Below, in pieces: positions 60,351-64,000 of a DNA stretch of 64,000 nt. The notes beneath the pieces were generated by a model. The model was not told the DNA's origin. It did not search any database and saw only the letters and a program-made list of their open reading frames with translations. How positions within the stretch are numbered: position 1 is the stretch's first letter; each line of letters begins with the position of its first letter. The position numbers were made by a program, and so were the translations under genes. The stretch spans positions 323,246-387,245 of the forward strand of contig CAWFYH010000004.1 in assembly GCA_963819985.1 (NCBI GenBank). The letters run 5' to 3'. This DNA comes from an uncultured Actinomycetota bacterium. Lineage in GTDB: Bacteria; Actinomycetota; Actinomycetes; DATJPE01.

Positions 60351-61609
60351 CCGCACCTGACCAGCCTGCGGCCATCGACTGGTCGAAGCTGGCCGATCTG
60401 CCGGTCCATGGACTGGACAACGCCGACCTCGACGAACTCGATCTCGTGCTGCTCGGCGCTCGGGACGGGTTGCCTTCGCTGGACCTGCCGCCAGTCGCCC
60501 GGACGGCTGCCGAGGGCGATGGACTCGTCCTCACCGACCCCCAGGGCACGCCGCTTGCCCGGCTCGAGCGTGACTCGCTGACGGCGCTGCAGCCCGCGGC
60601 ACACGGACCGGGACGTGACCTGCGACGCCCTGCCGCCGGCGTCCTCAAGGGTGGGCCTTCCGTGGCTGTCGGCTTCCGCGAAGTGCCAACTCGGGCCGAC
60701 CTTCGCAGAGCGGCCGACCTCAGAGCCGCATCCGACTGCGATCGGCTGCTGCTCGTGGCCCTGGCCGGCCATGGCGCGCCGGTGGGCGTTCGGCCGGCCG
60801 ACCTGGTAAGGGCTGTGACCAGCGCAGCAGCTTCGATGGAAGGCGTCGAGGCGCTCGTCGTCCCGGCCACGGCGACGTCGTCGGGCGCACTGCGCTGGCC
60901 CCTGGACGAGCTCCTGCGGCCGTACGGCTGCGTAGCGACGCTGGACGCATCGGCGACGCGCGACACCGACGAGGCAGCCGACTTGCAGCGGGTGACCGCC
61001 GGCGGCGATCCCGGGGAACTTCTCCCCAACGCCTCCCTCAACGCGGTCCGTCGGTCCCGCCCGGTGGGGCTGGCCCGCGGAGCGGTGATCCTGCTCAGTG
61101 GGCTGTCCGGATCGGGCAAGTCCACGATCGCCCGCGCCTTGGCCGATCGGCTCGAGGACGCCGGCGAGCGCGGCGTCAGCCTGCTGGACGGTGACGAGGT
61201 GCGCCGGATGCTGTCCGCGGGTCTGGGCTTCGACCGGGAGTCACGCGAGCTGAACGTACGGCGCATCGGCTACGTCGCTGCGCTGGTGGCCGAGCACGGG
61301 GGCGTGGCGATCTGCGCACCGATCGCGCCGTTCGCCGAGTCGCGAGCGGACATGCGCGCGCGGGCGGAAGCGGTCGGGGAGTTCATCCTCGTGCATATCT
61401 CGACCCCGCTGGAGGTGTGCGAGGCCCGCGACCGCAAAGGCCTCTACGCCAAGGCACGGGCCGGTCTGGTCCCGGAGTTCACCGGGATCAGCTCTCCCTA
61501 CGAGCTGCCCACCGACGCCGACCTGGTCATCGACACCACGACCACAAGCGTCGAGCTCGCCGTCGACCTGGTCCTGGCGGAGCTGAAGCGGCGCGGCCTG
61601 CTGGGCTGA
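60347..61609 (+). CDS. cysC: Adenylyl-sulfate (APS) kinase with an N-terminal ATP-sulfurylase-like (PUA-type) domain
   Basis: C-terminal Walker A GLSGSGKSTIA and an APS-kinase fold. The N-terminal 220 aa resemble the sulfate-adenylyltransferase N-terminal domain. Start overlaps the tauE stop (ATGA). Confidence 0.75.
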   Translation: MTAPDQPAAIDWSKLADLPVHGLDNADLDELDLVLLGARDGLPSLDLPPVARTAAEGDGLVLTDPQGTPLARLERDSLTALQPAAHGPGRDLRRPAAGVLKGGPSVAVGFREVPTRADLRRAADLRAASDCDRLLLVALAGHGAPVGVRPADLVRAVTSAAASMEGVEALVVPATATSSGALRWPLDELLRPYGCVATLDASATRDTDEAADLQRVTAGGDPGELLPNASLNAVRRSRPVGLARGAVILLSGLSGSGKSTIARALADRLEDAGERGVSLLDGDEVRRMLSAGLGFDRESRELNVRRIGYVAALVAEHGGVAICAPIAPFAESRADMRARAEAVGEFILVHISTPLEVCEARDRKGLYAKARAGLVPEFTGISSPYELPTDADLVIDTTTTSVELAVDLVLAELKRRGLLG

Positions 61610-61616
61610 GGCGCGA

Positions 61617-61982
61617 TCAACGAATCTGGCGGACCCGCCCTGAGGTGCCCCAGCGAGCGTCGGCGGTGAGCACCTCGACATCCAGCCGCTCGCCGAGCGC
61701 AAGGCAAAGACGGTCACCCAGGGACAGCCCCTCCCCGGCTCGCCACCGAGCGGCAGCCCATTCGGCGTCGACCTCCTCGACCGGCTCGACGGTGAGCGGG
61801 TAGCTGGTGAGCAGCGCGCGCAGCAGCTCCCAGTCGCGACCAGCTGCGCGGACCTTCTGGGCGATCTCGGACCAGTTCGCAGCGCCGCACTGACCACCCT
61901 TGATCAGGCGTTGCTCCACGACGTCGCTGCCCGGCTCGTCCTGCGCCCAGGCCAGCAGCGCTGAGGCATCGAAGACGCTCAA
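61617..61982 (-). CDS. vapC: Type II toxin–antitoxin system VapC family toxin (PIN domain)
   Basis: 121 aa. N-terminal acidic motif (MSVFDASALLAW) and conserved Asp residues. Confidence 0.7.
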   Translation of the reverse strand: MSVFDASALLAWAQDEPGSDVVEQRLIKGGQCGAANWSEIAQKVRAAGRDWELLRALLTSYPLTVEPVEEVDAEWAAARWRAGEGLSLGDRLCLALGERLDVEVLTADARWGTSGRVRQIR

Positions 61983-62224
61983 GCGACGTCTTCGGCCGCC
62001 GCCGCGGCCCGCCGGTCGGCGAGCAGGTCACCGACCAGGTCCAGGCCACCGAGTTCGCGGCGTACGCGCTTTCGAAGCTGCGCGCGGGTCAGCAGCACGA
62101 GACCGTCCGGCGTCTCTAGCAAAATCAGCGGGGTACCCGTGGTCAGGCCGGCCCGTTCCCGGACCTCGACAGGCACCACCAGACGCCCACGGTCTCCCAC
62201 CGTCAAGTGGTATGTGCCATTCAT
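61979..62224 (-). CDS. vapB: Antitoxin VapB (AbrB/MazE/SpoVT family)
   Basis: 81 aa from internal ATG (MNGTYHLTVGDRGRLVVPVEVRERAGL..). Swapped-hairpin motif. 4-nt overlap with vapC. Confidence 0.65.
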   Translation of the reverse strand: MNGTYHLTVGDRGRLVVPVEVRERAGLTTGTPLILLETPDGLVLLTRAQLRKRVRRELGGLDLVGDLLADRRAAAAAEDVA

Positions 62225-62253
62225 GACACAAAGATACCACTCTTCATCGATGA

Positions 62254-63021
62254 GTGGGATGGGTGTGGTCCGCGGGGCTAGCATCGACCAACCACCCAAG
62301 CAACATTCGACTATCTGGCTCGAGTTTTGTCCTGCACGATGGCGTCGTGATTGTCGAGGACTCCGGGCCGCTGGCCGGTGGAAACATGGGTGAGATCCGG
62401 CGCGTCGGCGCGACGTGCGAAGACCTTCCGGACCGTGGACCGGACGGGCCCAGCAACTCATGGAACTACTGCGGGCGCGAGGGCTGGAGTTCGTCCCGCA
62501 GCCCCTGGGCATCGACGATGACGGACGCGAGTCCGTTGCGTTTGTCGACGGCGAGGTAGGCGTCTACCCGATGCCACGGTGGGTCTGGTCTGACCGCCTC
62601 CTCACTGAAATTGGGTGGGCGCTGCGTCGATTGCACGACGTGACCAGGGAATTACCGAAGCCGACCTCAGGGTGGCAGCGGGAGCCGGTCGAACCGGTCG
62701 AAGTCATCTGCCACAGCGACCTCGCGCCATACAACGTCGTCTGCCGCGCGAGCGGGACTCACGCGACAGCCAGGCGGCAGCGCTGCGGGACCCGTCGAGG
62801 GCCTAGGTCCCCTCGTCGTGGACCACCCGCAGCCGGCGCAGACGTATGCCCTGGACTTGGTCGATCAGTCGACCGAGCTCGATCGCCTCGGCGGCGGCCT
62901 GCGAGCCGGGATGGGCCGCGGCATCCTCCGCGACCAACTCGGTCACGGCAGCACGCAGCATCTCGAGGCCCGTCATGCCAGCGCCCCGCCGCGGTGGTCC
63001 CGGATCGAATGCATGTCCTAA
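62254..63021 (+). pseudogene. Phosphotransferase (APH/kinase-like) gene remnant with multiple frameshifts
   Basis: The catalytic Brenner-like motif ICHSDLAPYNVV is in one frame (62415..). An N-terminal-like segment (62254..62559) and a C-terminal-like segment (62818..63021, DLVDQSTELDRL..) are in other frames. GC is lower than in neighbouring genes. Confidence 0.45.
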
Positions 63022-63064
63022 TCATGGCAGACTGTACCGACACCCAAGGGGCCGGAAACCTAAG

Positions 63065-63502
63065 ATGTGGAAACAGGAATCGCCGTCCACAGGGCACAAT
63101 GCTGCAGTGGCAGAGCGCAACGTTCTGGGAGGTCCGCTGCAGGCCTGCGGAGACGACCCGGTCACCGGCTTCTACCGTGACGGCTGCTGCAGCACCGGCC
63201 CCGAAGACGTCGGGAGCCACACCATCTGCGCGGTAGTCACAGCCGACTTCCTCGAGCACCAACGCAGCATCGGCAACGACCTGAGCACCCCGATGCCGGC
63301 GTACGCCTTCCCCGGCCTGGTGCCGGGCGACCGGTGGTGCGTCACCGCCCGCAACTGGGCTCGTGCCTTCAACGATGGCGTAGCCGCCCCGGTCGTCCTG
63401 GCCGCCACCAACCAAGCAGTCCTGACCATCGTTTCCCTTGAGGTACTGCGCCCCCACGCGGTCGACGTCCCCGACGACCCCCGCGTCCTCGACGACACCT
63501 GA
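63065..63502 (+). CDS. DUF2237 family protein
   Basis: Motif NVLGGPLQACGDDPVTGFYRDGCC typical of DUF2237. Confidence 0.7.
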   Translation: MWKQESPSTGHNAAVAERNVLGGPLQACGDDPVTGFYRDGCCSTGPEDVGSHTICAVVTADFLEHQRSIGNDLSTPMPAYAFPGLVPGDRWCVTARNWARAFNDGVAAPVVLAATNQAVLTIVSLEVLRPHAVDVPDDPRVLDDT

Positions 63503-63505
63503 CCG

Positions 63506-64000
63506 TCAGCCGATCGCGCGGTCGAGGACCTCCTCGATCGGCCGGGAAGCCTCAGTGGTGTTGGAGATCACCGTCCAGGTCGACGCCGTGCCCGGGTCGT
63601 GCACGCTCCGGAAGGACACGCCGGTGTCGTAGCCGTGCAGCTCGACCCGCCTTGACCCCGCATGCAGCCACAGCCCGAGCCCGTAGCCCAGTGAGTCCGC
63701 CACCGCGTCGTACCGCGCGCGAACTATGTCAGCGACGTAGGCCTCCGGCAGGATCCGGCCGCCGAACAGCGCAGACCACAAGGCGCTGATGTCGTTCGCC
63801 GTGGAGAAGATGCCACCGTCCCCGCTGCCCCGAACCGGAAGGTGCAGGACGTTGGTCTGGTCGGTGTCGATGCCGAGGTAGCCGACCGCGGCCCGCCCGG
63901 GTAGCTCATCGGAGCGCAGGAACCTCGTATCCGACAACCCTGCCGGATCGCAGACTCGTTCGACCACGAGGTCGGGAAACGATTGTCCTGCAACGCGTTC
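63506..64000 (-). CDS. Serine hydrolase (beta-lactamase family), C-terminal part; the 5' end lies beyond the window
   Basis: The open frame continues to the window edge. Beta-lactamase-family C-terminal region. Confidence 0.55.
   Translation of the reverse strand, partial: ERVAGQSFPDLVVERVCDPAGLSDTRFLRSDELPGRAAVGYLGIDTDQTNVLHLPVRGSGDGGIFSTANDISALWSALFGGRILPEAYVADIVRARYDAVADSLGYGLGLWLHAGSRRVELHGYDTGVSFRSVHDPGTASTWTVISNTTEASRPIEEVLDRAIG

Noticed and set aside
62415-63236. 273-aa plus ORF
   Set aside because: Only the first 115 codons or so are phosphotransferase-like. The rest overlaps the downstream DUF2237 gene and is P/R-rich. It is interpreted as one frame of a frameshifted pseudogene, not an intact gene.

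Overview
This 64 kb window is high-GC (about 70%) and looks like a chromosomal segment from an actinobacterium. The gene order is Mycobacterium/Nocardioides-like. Genes are densely packed on both strands, and I call roughly 60 CDS.

Two conserved core blocks are recognisable. The first is mca – DUF4307 membrane protein – greA, next to a DrrAB-type ABC exporter. The second is a long minus-strand array: mfd – lipoprotein – mazG – eno – ftsB-like – DUF501 – ppx – udg – ndh.

Between these blocks sit many small metabolic and detoxification genes, plus sulfur amino-acid genes. These include cytochrome P450, an AMP-dependent CoA ligase, threonine dehydratase, an SDR, GNAT, VOC, a SAM methyltransferase, dienelactone hydrolase, amidase, a class-III aminotransferase, MBL and SGNH hydrolases, cbs, metB, a glutamate-mutase-L-like gene and msrA. 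There are three MFS transporters, two of them in MarR–MFS operons, and one large LAL-type LuxR regulator.

Most worth a second look:
- a 73-nt tRNA-like gene whose anticodon reads UAA, and whose anticodon triplet is also the in-frame TAA stop of the upstream MFS gene;
- a FIST sensor gene placed divergently from a ChlI/MoxR-like AAA+ ATPase and a BchD-like VWA protein (a conserved pair of unknown function);
- a frameshifted DUF222/HNH (REP13E12-like) selfish-element gene;
- an accessory patch at the 3' end: a TauE/SafE exporter coupled to an APS kinase with an N-terminal ATP-sulfurylase-like domain, a VapBC toxin–antitoxin module, and a decayed phosphotransferase pseudogene;
- a perfect 9-bp G-rich tandem repeat array (about 10 copies) in an intergenic region.

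I found no CRISPR array, rRNA, integrase or transposase. Many long ORFs in the track are antisense or out-of-frame artefacts of high GC and I did not call them.
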